A stretch of 35,298 bases of DNA. It comes from an uncultured Candidatus Saccharibacteria bacterium (GTDB taxonomy: Bacteria > Patescibacteriota > Minisyncoccia > Phycocordibacterales > UBA1006). Within the stretch, counting starts at the first letter, position 1, and each line of letters opens with the position of its first letter. The notes under the pieces were generated by a model that was not told the DNA's origin, did not search any database, and was given only the letters and a program-made list of their open reading frames with translations. The stretch lies in assembly GCA_964405115.1 (NCBI GenBank), contig CAYOMN010000004.1, positions 1 to 35,298 of the forward strand, written 5' to 3'. This document shows, piece after piece, positions 25,887 through 34,907 of this stretch. The translations under genes were made by a program, and so were the position numbers.

Positions 25887-26228
25887 TTACTTTGATATTT
25901 TGTCTAATATCCAAGTTATAATAGTCATTGCTATTGCACCCCACAGAGCAGCTATAATATTTGAAACGATAAACCCATTTATAATTGAAGCAACAAACCA
26001 AAATAATAAAACATTTATTAAAAGACCAAATAAACCAAAAGATATAATGTTGAATGGAATAGCTATAACTTTCAAGACAGGTCTAATCGCAAAGTTTATA
26101 AAGGCAAAAACCAATGCTGCAATTATAGCAGTTCTTCCGCCATCCACAGATATTCCTGGAATAAAATAAGGTAAACCATAAAATACAACAAGTGAAAGTA
26201 CTACTATTTGTAATAAAAATCTTTTCAT
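25887..26228 (-). CDS. phage-holin-family-4 / DUF360-type small membrane protein
   Basis: Four hydrophobic helices with LLINVLLFWFVASIINGF..ALWGAI, typical of the YvlD/DUF360 family. The Met at 26228 avoids the 23-nt overlap with yqeY. Confidence 0.6.
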   Translation of the reverse strand: MKRFLLQIVVLSLVVFYGLPYFIPGISVDGGRTAIIAALVFAFINFAIRPVLKVIAIPFNIISFGLFGLLINVLLFWFVASIINGFIVSNIIAALWGAIAMTIITWILDKISK

Positions 26229-26232
26229 ATAT

Positions 26233-26688
26233 TTATGTAAATAAACCGTCAACAATATCTTTTACTAAAGAACCGTCAGCTTTTCCTCTTAATTCTCCCA
26301 TAATTACACCAATGAATTTCCCTTTTTCAGAATGATCTGAAATATTCATTTCCTCTTTTTTTGCAGTAACAAAATCTCTTATTTTTTCTTCTGACATAAG
26401 TTCTGGAAGAAATTTCTTCAATATTTCCAATTCTACCTTTTCCTCGGAGGCAAGGTCATCGCGACCAGCATCTTCAAATTGTTTTATAGAATCTTTTCTC
26501 TTTTTTGATTCACGAGTAATAACCTTAACTGCCAACTCATCATCAACTGGAGTATCAGGAGATAATTTCTGAGCAACGACTTCATTTATAAAAGCAGACA
26601 TTAATCCACGATATGTTGTAACCGCTGCCATGTTACGTTCTTTCATTGAAGCTTTCATAGCTTCTTTAATTTGTTCTTGAATAGTCAT
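26233..26688 (-). CDS. GatB/YqeY domain-containing protein
   Basis: MTIQEQIKEAMKASMKERN..TYRGLMSAF... and C-terminal GKFIGVIMGELRGKADG. Confidence 0.85.
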   Translation of the reverse strand: MTIQEQIKEAMKASMKERNMAAVTTYRGLMSAFINEVVAQKLSPDTPVDDELAVKVITRESKKRKDSIKQFEDAGRDDLASEEKVELEILKKFLPELMSEEKIRDFVTAKKEEMNISDHSEKGKFIGVIMGELRGKADGSLVKDIVDGLFT

Positions 26689-26826
26689 ATAAAATAAGTT
26701 TATATTTATTAGTAATATGTTGCAAGTTTAATAACGGAAAGTTTTACTCCAAGTAATTTATAAAATATAAATTATAAACAAGCCCTCTGTTTGCAAAAAA
26801 TATTAATTCATGTAAATAATAGACTC

Positions 26827-29271
26827 ATGAAATTAGTAATAGTAGAGTCACCCTCAAAAGCAAAAACAATAGAGAAATATCTTGGGCATGAATATACAGT
26901 CTGTTCATCAATTGGACATATACGAGATTTACCGAAATCAAATAAAGATGCCATAGACATTAGCGGTGGTTTTATTCCACGCTATGTTATTTATCCAGAC
27001 AAAAAGAAAATTATTGCAGAAATAACAAAACTTGCACATAAATCAAATGAGATTCTTCTTGCACCAGATCCAGACCGTGAAGGTGAAGCAATAGCTTGGC
27101 ATCTTGATCAAGTCATACGTGATTCATTTGCTGATAAAAAAGATGTTCCACCCATCCACCGAGTAAGTTTCAATGAAATAACCAAAGACGTCGTAAATAC
27201 AGAAATTCAGAAATCACGTAATATAGATATGAATTTAAAAAGAGCGCAAGAAGCACGTCGTGTTTTAGATAGACTTGTCGGTTATGATCTTTCAGGGCTT
27301 ATCTGGAAAAAAGTTCGCTATGGTCTTTCTGCTGGAAGAGTACAATCTCCAGCTCTAAGAATTCTTATGGAACGTGAAAGAGAAATTCGCGCATTTAACC
27401 CCGAAGCATACTATGTAATAGGTGGAGAATTTTTATCAAGCAAGATATCATTTCCACTTATCTGTTCTGAAGAACCAAAATCTATAGATAAAGCAATTGA
27501 GATAATTGATAAAGCAGAAAATGGAAAATGGTCTGTTATTGATATAAAAGAAACACCAGGGACAAGAAAAGCTCGCGCTCCTTTTACAACATCAACTCTA
27601 CAACAGACGGCATCGTCACGCTTAGGATTTTCACCTTCACGAACCATGCGAGTTGCACAAAAACTATACCAAACAGGGCATATCACTTATATGAGAACTG
27701 ATAGTACTACTTTATCAAAGATAGCTCTCATTGATATTGAAGGTCATATAGAAAAAAATTTTGGGAAAAAGTATTTAGAGATAAAACAATTCAAAACAAA
27801 ATCAAAAAATGCTCAAGAAGCACATGAAGCAATAAGACCAACTTCTTTCACAAAAGCCGTAAAAGGTTCAACGGTAGATGAAAAAAGTCTTTATGAACTC
27901 ATAATGGCTCGTACAATATCATCACAAATGGTTCCAGCAAAATTAATAAGAACAAAATTAATTGCAAATATAGAGAGCAAAGATATTCCATATTTTATGA
28001 CTAACGGGATTCGTCTTATTTTTCCAGGATGGCTTGCTGCTGATCCAAAATCTCGAGGAGACGACGTTGAATTACCACCAGTGAAAATAAATGACAAACT
28101 AACACTTGAAGGAATTTCAAATACAGAAAAATTCACAACCCCACCAAATAGATATTCTGAAGCTGGACTAATTAAAGAACTTGAAAAAAGAGGTATTGGT
28201 CGCCCTTCTACATATGCTTCAATAATTAAGACCATTATAGATCGTGGTTATGTTGAACGAGAAGGAAGAACACTATTTCCTACTGATACTGGTGATGTTG
28301 TTTCTTCATTCCTAGAAAAACATTTTATGCATTATATAGGAGACGATTTTACTGCTGAAATGGAAAATCAGTTGGATAATATCGCAAGCGGAACTGATGA
28401 ATATGTAAAAGTACTTTCAAACTTCTATACTCCATTTAAAAAATCAGTTGATGAAAAAAAAAATATCCCAAAACTAACTAATCTCGGAGATACTCCTGAT
28501 GAGTTTAAATGCCCAAAATGTAAATCACCTATGGTTTACAAATTAGGACGAACAGGAAAGTTTATGTCTTGTTCAAAATATCCAGAATGTGATGGTGCTC
28601 TTACTGTAGACGGAAAAGAAATTGGAAACGAAGAACCTATTGGAGTTCATCCAGAAACAGGTGAAGAAATTTTTCTACTTGACGGACGTTTTGGTCCTTA
28701 TGTGCAACTCGGACAAACAATAAAAATTCCAAAACTCACGAAATTTCCAAAAGGTTATAAAAAAACAGATGCTGAAAAAGAGATGCTCAAAAAAGAAAAA
28801 GAAGAGATTGCAAGACTTAAAGCTCTTCCAAAACCGCGAAGAGCAAGTCTCCCATCAGGAATGAAACCAGAAGATCTTACTTTAAAACAAGCAGTTCAAT
28901 TACTCATTCTCCCTCGCGAGCTTGGAATCCACCCAGAATCTGGAGAAATGATTATTGCAAATACAGGACGCTTTGGTCCATATGTTGGACACGGTCGTGA
29001 ATTTAGATCTATTAAAAAATCAACAAAGTTAAATCCTTACGATATTACTTTTAAAGAAGCCTTGAAAATTCTCAATGAACCAAAGACTCTCCCAAAAGGA
29101 GTTGAGTTGGTAAAAGTTCTTGGAAAACACCCGAACACTGGAAAGGAAATTAGATTACTCAAATCAAAATCTGGACATTATGTTCAGAAAGGTATGAAAA
29201 GATTGTATTTGGATGAAAAAGAAAATATTGAGAAATTCTCAATAGAAGACGCTTTAAAATTAATGATTTAA
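26827..29271 (+). CDS. topA: DNA topoisomerase I (type IA) with one C-terminal zinc ribbon and repeated GRFGPYV modules
   Basis: Toprim domain MKLVIVESPSKAKT and DPDREGEAIAWH, and active-site region GHITYMRTDS. Also CPKCKSPMV..CSKYPECDG, then GRFGPYVQLG, GRFGPYVGHG and SGHYVQKG. I prefer the ATG at 26827 to the TTG at 26791. Confidence 0.93.
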   Translation: MKLVIVESPSKAKTIEKYLGHEYTVCSSIGHIRDLPKSNKDAIDISGGFIPRYVIYPDKKKIIAEITKLAHKSNEILLAPDPDREGEAIAWHLDQVIRDSFADKKDVPPIHRVSFNEITKDVVNTEIQKSRNIDMNLKRAQEARRVLDRLVGYDLSGLIWKKVRYGLSAGRVQSPALRILMEREREIRAFNPEAYYVIGGEFLSSKISFPLICSEEPKSIDKAIEIIDKAENGKWSVIDIKETPGTRKARAPFTTSTLQQTASSRLGFSPSRTMRVAQKLYQTGHITYMRTDSTTLSKIALIDIEGHIEKNFGKKYLEIKQFKTKSKNAQEAHEAIRPTSFTKAVKGSTVDEKSLYELIMARTISSQMVPAKLIRTKLIANIESKDIPYFMTNGIRLIFPGWLAADPKSRGDDVELPPVKINDKLTLEGISNTEKFTTPPNRYSEAGLIKELEKRGIGRPSTYASIIKTIIDRGYVEREGRTLFPTDTGDVVSSFLEKHFMHYIGDDFTAEMENQLDNIASGTDEYVKVLSNFYTPFKKSVDEKKNIPKLTNLGDTPDEFKCPKCKSPMVYKLGRTGKFMSCSKYPECDGALTVDGKEIGNEEPIGVHPETGEEIFLLDGRFGPYVQLGQTIKIPKLTKFPKGYKKTDAEKEMLKKEKEEIARLKALPKPRRASLPSGMKPEDLTLKQAVQLLILPRELGIHPESGEMIIANTGRFGPYVGHGREFRSIKKSTKLNPYDITFKEALKILNEPKTLPKGVELVKVLGKHPNTGKEIRLLKSKSGHYVQKGMKRLYLDEKENIEKFSIEDALKLMI

Positions 29272-29377
29272 TTTTAATAAAAAATATTGTTATTTTTTAA
29301 AACATCTTGCAAACATACTTAACTTAATTATAGTTTAATAAAATTAAATAAACTTTATAAACTAAAAACTTAGTATC

Positions 29378-29515
29378 ATGGTAAACAGAACAAAAACCAA
29401 TCACGCCAATGATTTTGCAGCTAACTTAAACTTAAAGATGTCTGGTATAAAAATAAATAAAACAAAAATTTCTATATCTTTTGAACAAATACAAACATTA
29501 ATTAACGATGCGTAG
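29378..29515 (+). CDS. small ORF (45 aa) or small RNA in its own promoter-terminator unit
   Basis: MVNRTKTNHANDFAANLNLKMSGIKINKTKISISFEQIQTLINDA. TTGCAA-16-TATAGT lies at 29307..29334, and the stop codon sits inside a canonical terminator stem. Confidence 0.35.
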   Translation: MVNRTKTNHANDFAANLNLKMSGIKINKTKISISFEQIQTLINDA

Positions 29516-29537
29516 AATAACCTTCTACGCTTTTTTT
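29510..29537 (+). terminator. canonical rho-independent terminator
   Basis: GCGTAGAA, a 5-nt loop, TTCTACGC, then TTTTTTT. Confidence 0.75.
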
Positions 29538-29548
29538 ATTTCCAAATT

Positions 29549-29557
29549 TGCTATAAT
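29549..29557 (+). promoter_or_regulatory. perfect extended -10 box TGCTATAAT, 6 nt before the rmuC ATG
   Basis: TG-C-TATAAT-CAGATC-ATG. Confidence 0.5.
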
Positions 29558-29563
29558 CAGATC

Positions 29564-30652
29564 ATGAACATTTTATATATAATATTAACAATAATTTTTA
29601 TTGGGCTATTAATCTGGCTTATTTTTGAAGTTAAAAAAAGTCAAACAAAAAAACCTGCCGAAGATTCAAATGCCATGCAAATGTTATTGCAACAAATGAA
29701 CACTCTACGGGAATCTATGGAAGACAAAATTACCGGCTCAAACCGTGATATGTCGCGAGCGGTCAAAACACAATTTTCAGAATCGCAAAAACTAATACAA
29801 ACAATAAATGAGCAAGTTTCAAAACAACTCATGGATGTGAATAAGCAAATCGCAGAAACACAAGAATCAAACAAACAAGTATTCAATCTTGCAAGTCAAC
29901 TCAGTGACTTAGAAAAAGTATTAAAAAATCAAAAAACCCGTGGAAATCTTGGTGAAATGGGACTTGAACTTATTCTTTCAAATATTCTTTCTCCATTGAA
30001 TTATAAAATGCAATACTCCTTTCCAGATGGAAAGATTGTAGATGCAATTATTAAAACAGAATCTGATAAATTTATTCCAGTGGATGCAAAATTCTCACTT
30101 GATAATTACAGACGACTTATTGATGAAAAAGACGATGAAAAAAAATTGGATCTCGAAAAAGAATTTAAAAAGGATCTAAAAAGACGAATAGATGAAACTG
30201 CACAATATATACGGCCAAAAGATGGAACACTACCTTTTGCTTTTATGTTTATACCAGCAGAAGGAATATATTATGATCTACTTGTTAATGAAGTTGGTGC
30301 AATACGTGCAAATACACGAAATCTTATTGATTATGCGTATAATGATAAAAAAGTTATTATTGTGTCACCAACAACTTTCTCTGCATATCTACAATCAGTT
30401 TTATATGGATTCAAGGCTTTCAAAATAGAGAAAACGGCAGTTGAAATCCAAAAAAATGTTGAAAAACTTGGACGTCATCTAAGCGCCTATAACGAAGCAT
30501 TTCTGAAATTAGGAAATTCACTAAGTACAACTGTTAATCACTTTGATAAAGCTTCCCATGAATTAAGACAAATAGATAAAGACGTTACAAAAATATCTGG
30601 AACATCTCCAGAACTGGAAACACTGAAAATTGAAAAACCATCAGAGAATTAA
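29564..30652 (+). CDS. rmuC: DNA recombination protein RmuC
   Basis: An N-terminal TM helix, a long coiled coil, then RGNLGEMGLELIL, DAKFSLDNY and FMFIPAEGIYY (RmuC nuclease-like core). Confidence 0.88.
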   Translation: MNILYIILTIIFIGLLIWLIFEVKKSQTKKPAEDSNAMQMLLQQMNTLRESMEDKITGSNRDMSRAVKTQFSESQKLIQTINEQVSKQLMDVNKQIAETQESNKQVFNLASQLSDLEKVLKNQKTRGNLGEMGLELILSNILSPLNYKMQYSFPDGKIVDAIIKTESDKFIPVDAKFSLDNYRRLIDEKDDEKKLDLEKEFKKDLKRRIDETAQYIRPKDGTLPFAFMFIPAEGIYYDLLVNEVGAIRANTRNLIDYAYNDKKVIIVSPTTFSAYLQSVLYGFKAFKIEKTAVEIQKNVEKLGRHLSAYNEAFLKLGNSLSTTVNHFDKASHELRQIDKDVTKISGTSPELETLKIEKPSEN

Positions 30653-30680
30653 AAAGACTTAAATTTAATTAAGTCTTTTT
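30652..30680. terminator. bidirectional hairpin between convergent genes
   Basis: AAAAGACTTAA, loop ATTTAA, then TTAAGTCTTTT. Confidence 0.6.
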
Positions 30681-31314
30681 AATTCTCTAAATGTTCATCT
30701 GCCTTTAATTTATTACGACTTAATAATAAGACAATCATCCATACAACTATTATAAGAACACCTACCTTTTCAGATATTCCAAGCAATGTTGTTTCCAAAA
30801 GACCTGTTGTTAAATTATTAAGCGTAAATATAATTCCCGCTATTGTTAATAGCGCTACAATAATAAATGAAATAATAGAATATATTTTTAATGGTTTTGT
30901 TTTAAATTGTAATCCATTTATTAAAATTAAGGCTGGATATGTTAAAAATAATAAGCTTGCTGAAATAACATGAATATATTCATTATACGTTTCTATTAAA
31001 CCATTTCCATCAACATGAAAAACGGTCAACATTACTATAAATATACCAGAAAGAAAAAATAAAAGAGATCCTAGTTTTACTTTTTTATTTTTAAAATGAA
31101 AAAATAAAATACCTATTGTTACATTTACCAAAGCAAATAAATAGAAAACTGTGCTTACAATATATCCATATTCACCTGCCGCATAATTACTCAATGAATT
31201 TTTTATGACACTACCATCAGAACTAAGTAAATGAATCGCTATAAGCGCTAAAATTCCAATAGAAATCAATGTTATATCAGCTCTAATTAAATTATCTTCT
31301 TTTTTCTTTTTCAT
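30679..31314 (-). CDS. integral membrane protein, about 6 TM helices (possibly DUF998-like)
   Basis: Six hydrophobic segments. The family assignment is only a guess from topology and size. Confidence 0.55.
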   Translation of the reverse strand: MKKKKEDNLIRADITLISIGILALIAIHLLSSDGSVIKNSLSNYAAGEYGYIVSTVFYLFALVNVTIGILFFHFKNKKVKLGSLLFFLSGIFIVMLTVFHVDGNGLIETYNEYIHVISASLLFLTYPALILINGLQFKTKPLKIYSIISFIIVALLTIAGIIFTLNNLTTGLLETTLLGISEKVGVLIIVVWMIVLLLSRNKLKADEHLEN

Positions 31315-31332
31315 AAATTTAAGTTAAAAATA

Positions 31333-33051
31333 TTATCTATCAGGTGGAACATTATAATAATTTATTAGAAATTTTGATATATCTCTAAATGGATTAATCA
31401 ATGTCTGTGAAGCATATTTTATATGCTTAGGATATACAGTATACATCAATACAATAAACTGTGGGTCATATGCTGGGAAATACCCAAAAAAACTATGTAA
31501 ATTTCTATCATTATAATAACCACCATCCGGTGCAGGAATTTGTGCTGTTCCCGTTTTTGCGGCAATACTATGATTAGGTAGTTTCACCTTACCATGCATA
31601 TATTTATCAAATACATTTACAAGCATACGAGATACTTCTTCTGAAGTTTCTGGTGAAATAACCTGAACACCATCATCTTTATAACTAAGAACCTTGAAAA
31701 GACCGTTTGTATACTCAATTTTTTTAACAATATGAGGTATAACTGTTTTACCATTATTTGCCAATGCAGATAAAGATTTTATAAATGAAATAGGAGAAAC
31801 AGCAACCCCTTGTCCAAAGGAAATATTAGCAAACTCAATGTTTCTATTACTTTTTAGATTTGAAGTTAATCCAGATGACTCATTTGGTAAATCAATACCT
31901 GACTTTTCACCAAAACCATAATTTTTAAAATATTCTCTAAAAGACTTTTTAGAAATCTTTGTTGATACAAATACCATACCAGTATTTAAAGATTGATTTA
32001 ATATTTCCTGTACATTAACCCAACCACGACCACGCTTATCATAATTACTAATTGTATATTTACCAATTTTAACTGAACCCTTATCATAGTATTTAGTATC
32101 TGCAGTAATGACGTTTTGATTAATACCTATTGCCACAACAAGCGGCTTTATTACAGAACCAAACTCATAAATATTCTCAACAAGAGGATTTTTAAATACT
32201 GAAAGTGAATCATTCTTAAAATCATTATTATCAAAATTAGGAACAGCTGCCATTGCATAAATTTCACCATTTTTAGGATTCATTATTATTCCACCAGTTG
32301 ACTGAGAACTCCATTTCTTTTGTATTCCTTCAATCTCTTTTTCAAGGAATAATTGTACCTGTGGATCAATTGTAGCAATAATATCCCCTTCTTGTTTTGT
32401 ATTAATATCAACAAGATTTCTAGCTCCGTGAAATGCCTTTGCGAAAAAATTAGTATATAAGTCAACGTTATCTCTTTTAAGAGTATCTTCATACTGTCTT
32501 TCTAAACCATAACGTCCACAAAACTTATTGTTAGAATCATACCCTAAAAATCCAATTACATGAGATGCTGATTTGTGAAGTGGATACACTCTCCATTTTT
32601 CAGAGTGTAAACTTATTTTATTGCCAAGTTCTTTTTTTATTTCTTCTCCATCTGCTACAGGAATTTTATGCACAACTTCAACATATTTCCTTTTATTATT
32701 TGTAATAGATAAAAACTTCTTTTTATTAATAGGAAATATCTCATTTATTTTTTCGAAAATAATATTTTTATCTTTTTCTGTTAACTTTGATAAATCAAGT
32801 GAAATCTTATATCCTTTTTTTTGGCCTGCAACCGTTAGTTGCATACCATCCCTATCCTCAAAAATTATATTTCCACGTTCAAAAGCATTATATGTTGAAA
32901 CAACATATTGACCATCTGCACGTTCGCGAAATTTATCTCCGTTTATAACTTGAATATGAAAAAGATTCGCAATCAAAACGAATCCAATGACTATAACTAA
33001 ACTAAAAATAAAATTTAGGCGTGTATTAAATTGCTTTTTTCTCTTTTTCAT
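31333..33051 (-). CDS. ftsI: penicillin-binding protein 2 / FtsI-type peptidoglycan D,D-transpeptidase
   Basis: An N-terminal TM anchor, SxxK (GSVIKP), SxN (SLNTG) and KTG (AAKTGTAQ). It lies after ftsL in the dcw order. Confidence 0.88.
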   Translation of the reverse strand: MKKRKKQFNTRLNFIFSLVIVIGFVLIANLFHIQVINGDKFRERADGQYVVSTYNAFERGNIIFEDRDGMQLTVAGQKKGYKISLDLSKLTEKDKNIIFEKINEIFPINKKKFLSITNNKRKYVEVVHKIPVADGEEIKKELGNKISLHSEKWRVYPLHKSASHVIGFLGYDSNNKFCGRYGLERQYEDTLKRDNVDLYTNFFAKAFHGARNLVDINTKQEGDIIATIDPQVQLFLEKEIEGIQKKWSSQSTGGIIMNPKNGEIYAMAAVPNFDNNDFKNDSLSVFKNPLVENIYEFGSVIKPLVVAIGINQNVITADTKYYDKGSVKIGKYTISNYDKRGRGWVNVQEILNQSLNTGMVFVSTKISKKSFREYFKNYGFGEKSGIDLPNESSGLTSNLKSNRNIEFANISFGQGVAVSPISFIKSLSALANNGKTVIPHIVKKIEYTNGLFKVLSYKDDGVQVISPETSEEVSRMLVNVFDKYMHGKVKLPNHSIAAKTGTAQIPAPDGGYYNDRNLHSFFGYFPAYDPQFIVLMYTVYPKHIKYASQTLINPFRDISKFLINYYNVPPDR

Positions 33052-33069
33052 ATAAAAGATATAAATATA

Positions 33070-33369
33070 TTAATAATTATAAGCAACCTTAACTTTATTT
33101 TCTACACTAGCATATCCAACTTCTTTTAAGTTTTCTAATTTATAGTCTTTAATACTTTTTGGTAAGGTATCTATAATTGAGAAATATTCATACTCAAGTC
33201 CAGAAATTTCAGTTTGAAGTTCTGCAATCTTTGAGTTTTTTGTTTTTATATCATAAACAGAAAGTGTTGTGCTAGCGATAGCATATGAATATGAAGCAAA
33301 TAATAAAACAATTGCAAAAAGCATACCTAAAACAATTTTTTTATTTGATTTTTGTTTTTCTATTATCAT
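33070..33369 (-). CDS. ftsL: FtsL-like cell-division protein (single TM plus coiled coil)
   Basis: 99 aa, one TM helix, then a heptad-like segment. It sits between rsmH and ftsI. Confidence 0.5.
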   Translation of the reverse strand: MIIEKQKSNKKIVLGMLFAIVLLFASYSYAIASTTLSVYDIKTKNSKIAELQTEISGLEYEYFSIIDTLPKSIKDYKLENLKEVGYASVENKVKVAYNY

Positions 33370-33371
33370 AT

Positions 33372-34265
33372 TTATTTTTTTATTAATACCCTTAATTTTG
33401 CACTACGTGATCTCCTATTACTTAATAATTCATCCATACTAGCTGTTTGTGGTTTTTTAGTAAGAAGTTTTGCAAGTCCTTGTTTCTTTTTATCTCTAAA
33501 AAAATTTTTAACAATTCTATCTTCTACACTATGAAAAGTTATAATTACCATTCTTCCATCGGAAGATAATAAGTTAAATCCTTTTTCTAAAACCTCTTTC
33601 AAAGAACCTAATTCATCGTTAACAGCAATACGCAGTGCTTGAAATGTTTTAGTTGCAGAATGAATTTTTCCGTTTCTATATATTAACGGGACTGATTCAG
33701 CTATTATATTTGATAACTGTAGTGTAGAACTTATTGGTTGAATTTCCCTTTCTCTTAAAATTGCTTTAACTATATATCGTGCATATTTCTCTTCCCCATA
33801 ACCTTCTAATATATCAACAAGAGAATCTTCAGACCAATCATTTACAATATCATATGCTGTAAATTGCACAGAATCTGAATCTCCAGATAAAGTCATAAGT
33901 AGTGGACCATCATGCATAAAAGAAAATCCTCTTTCTTTATTTTCGAACTGATTTGAACTCCAACCAAGATCAAGCAAAATTTTATCAACCGATTCTAAAC
34001 CTAAATCATTTATAATCTGATCAATATTCTTAAAGTTATTATTAATAAGATTTACCTGTGCATTAGAATCACGAAGCTTTTTTTCAGATAAATTTAAAGC
34101 ATCATTATCTAAATCAATTCCAATAAGAATACCTGAATCAGATAATCTCTTGGAAATTTCAAAACTATGCCCTCCTCCATTTATTGTTCCATCCACGATT
34201 ACATCTGATTCTTTAATATCAAGTCCATCAATAACCTCATTCATTAAAACTGGAATATGTGACAT
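33372..34265 (-). CDS. rsmH: 16S rRNA (cytosine1402-N4)-methyltransferase
   Basis: HIPVLMNEV, DGTINGGGHS, LDLGWSS and HSVEDRIVK motifs. Confidence 0.92.
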   Translation of the reverse strand: MSHIPVLMNEVIDGLDIKESDVIVDGTINGGGHSFEISKRLSDSGILIGIDLDNDALNLSEKKLRDSNAQVNLINNNFKNIDQIINDLGLESVDKILLDLGWSSNQFENKERGFSFMHDGPLLMTLSGDSDSVQFTAYDIVNDWSEDSLVDILEGYGEEKYARYIVKAILREREIQPISSTLQLSNIIAESVPLIYRNGKIHSATKTFQALRIAVNDELGSLKEVLEKGFNLLSSDGRMVIITFHSVEDRIVKNFFRDKKKQGLAKLLTKKPQTASMDELLSNRRSRSAKLRVLIKK

Positions 34266-34269
34266 ATTA

Positions 34270-34704
34270 TTAAATCATTCCAATCTCACCAAGATTTTCA
34301 GCTAATAAATCAGCTTTATTCCCAAGCTCAGATTGGTATGTATTCCATCTTTCTTCATCCCAAAGTTCTACACGATTGGAAAGACCTATAACAATAACTT
34401 TTTGTTTTAGCCCAGCAAAATCCTTTAAAAAATCTGGAATAAGAATTCGACCAGCTGAATCAATATCTGTTTCAACAGCACCACCTAACATAAATCTATT
34501 AAATGCTCGTGTGTCAGACTGACCCATTGATAATTCACTAAGTTTATCAGAAAATTTTTTCCATTCCTTAGAAGAATAAACAAACAAAGAAGAATCTAAC
34601 CCTCGTGTTATTATGACGGTTTTTCCTAACTCCTTACGAAATTTTGAAGGTAATGACAACCTTTTTTTCGTATCAAGCGTATGTCTATGTTCTCCTATTA
34701 ACAT
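34270..34704 (-). CDS. mraZ: transcriptional regulator MraZ
   Basis: MLIGEHRHTLDTKKRLSLPSKFR and a second SpoVT/AbrB-like repeat DSAGRILIP. It is the first gene of the dcw cluster. Confidence 0.92.
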   Translation of the reverse strand: MLIGEHRHTLDTKKRLSLPSKFRKELGKTVIITRGLDSSLFVYSSKEWKKFSDKLSELSMGQSDTRAFNRFMLGGAVETDIDSAGRILIPDFLKDFAGLKQKVIVIGLSNRVELWDEERWNTYQSELGNKADLLAENLGEIGMI

Positions 34705-34792
34705 AAAAATAAATTATTATTAGTTTCTAATAAATTAAACATCCTCAAATCAGATCTCGCGAACCTTGCCTTATTACTTACTACCACAACAT

Positions 34793-34907
34793 GAAGTGAC
34801 AGATAACAGTGAAACTAGGATTTTATTACTTTTTAAAAAAATATTTTAAATTTCTTAAATATAATACATTGCTACATGAATACAGTTTCACTGTTATCTA
34901 CCACTTC
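34793..34907. repeat. 24-bp inverted repeat (22/24 match) with a 67-nt spacer, inside the predicted mraZ leader
   Basis: GAAGTGACAGATAACAGTGAAACT (34793-34816) against AGTTTCACTGTTATCTACCACTTC (34884-34907). Confidence 0.7.

Noticed and set aside
152-33534. Other short antisense or overlapping ORFs in the track. Examples: 152..382, 2630..2890, 3192..3395, 4061..4294, 5835..6290, 7867..8106, 8237..8560, 9688..9885, 10628..10846, 12288..12494, 14808..15083, 15453..15758, 15864..16325, 16147..16329, 19942..20133, 21214..21417, 23223..23414, 23416..23718, 25253..25441, 25900..26169, 27411..27686, 27891..28235, 29641..29886, 30192..30428, 32286..32492, 32621..32911 and 33352..33534.
   Set aside because: Each is nested in or opposite a longer ORF with clear family motifs, and none shows a motif, signal peptide or its own promoter-terminator pair.
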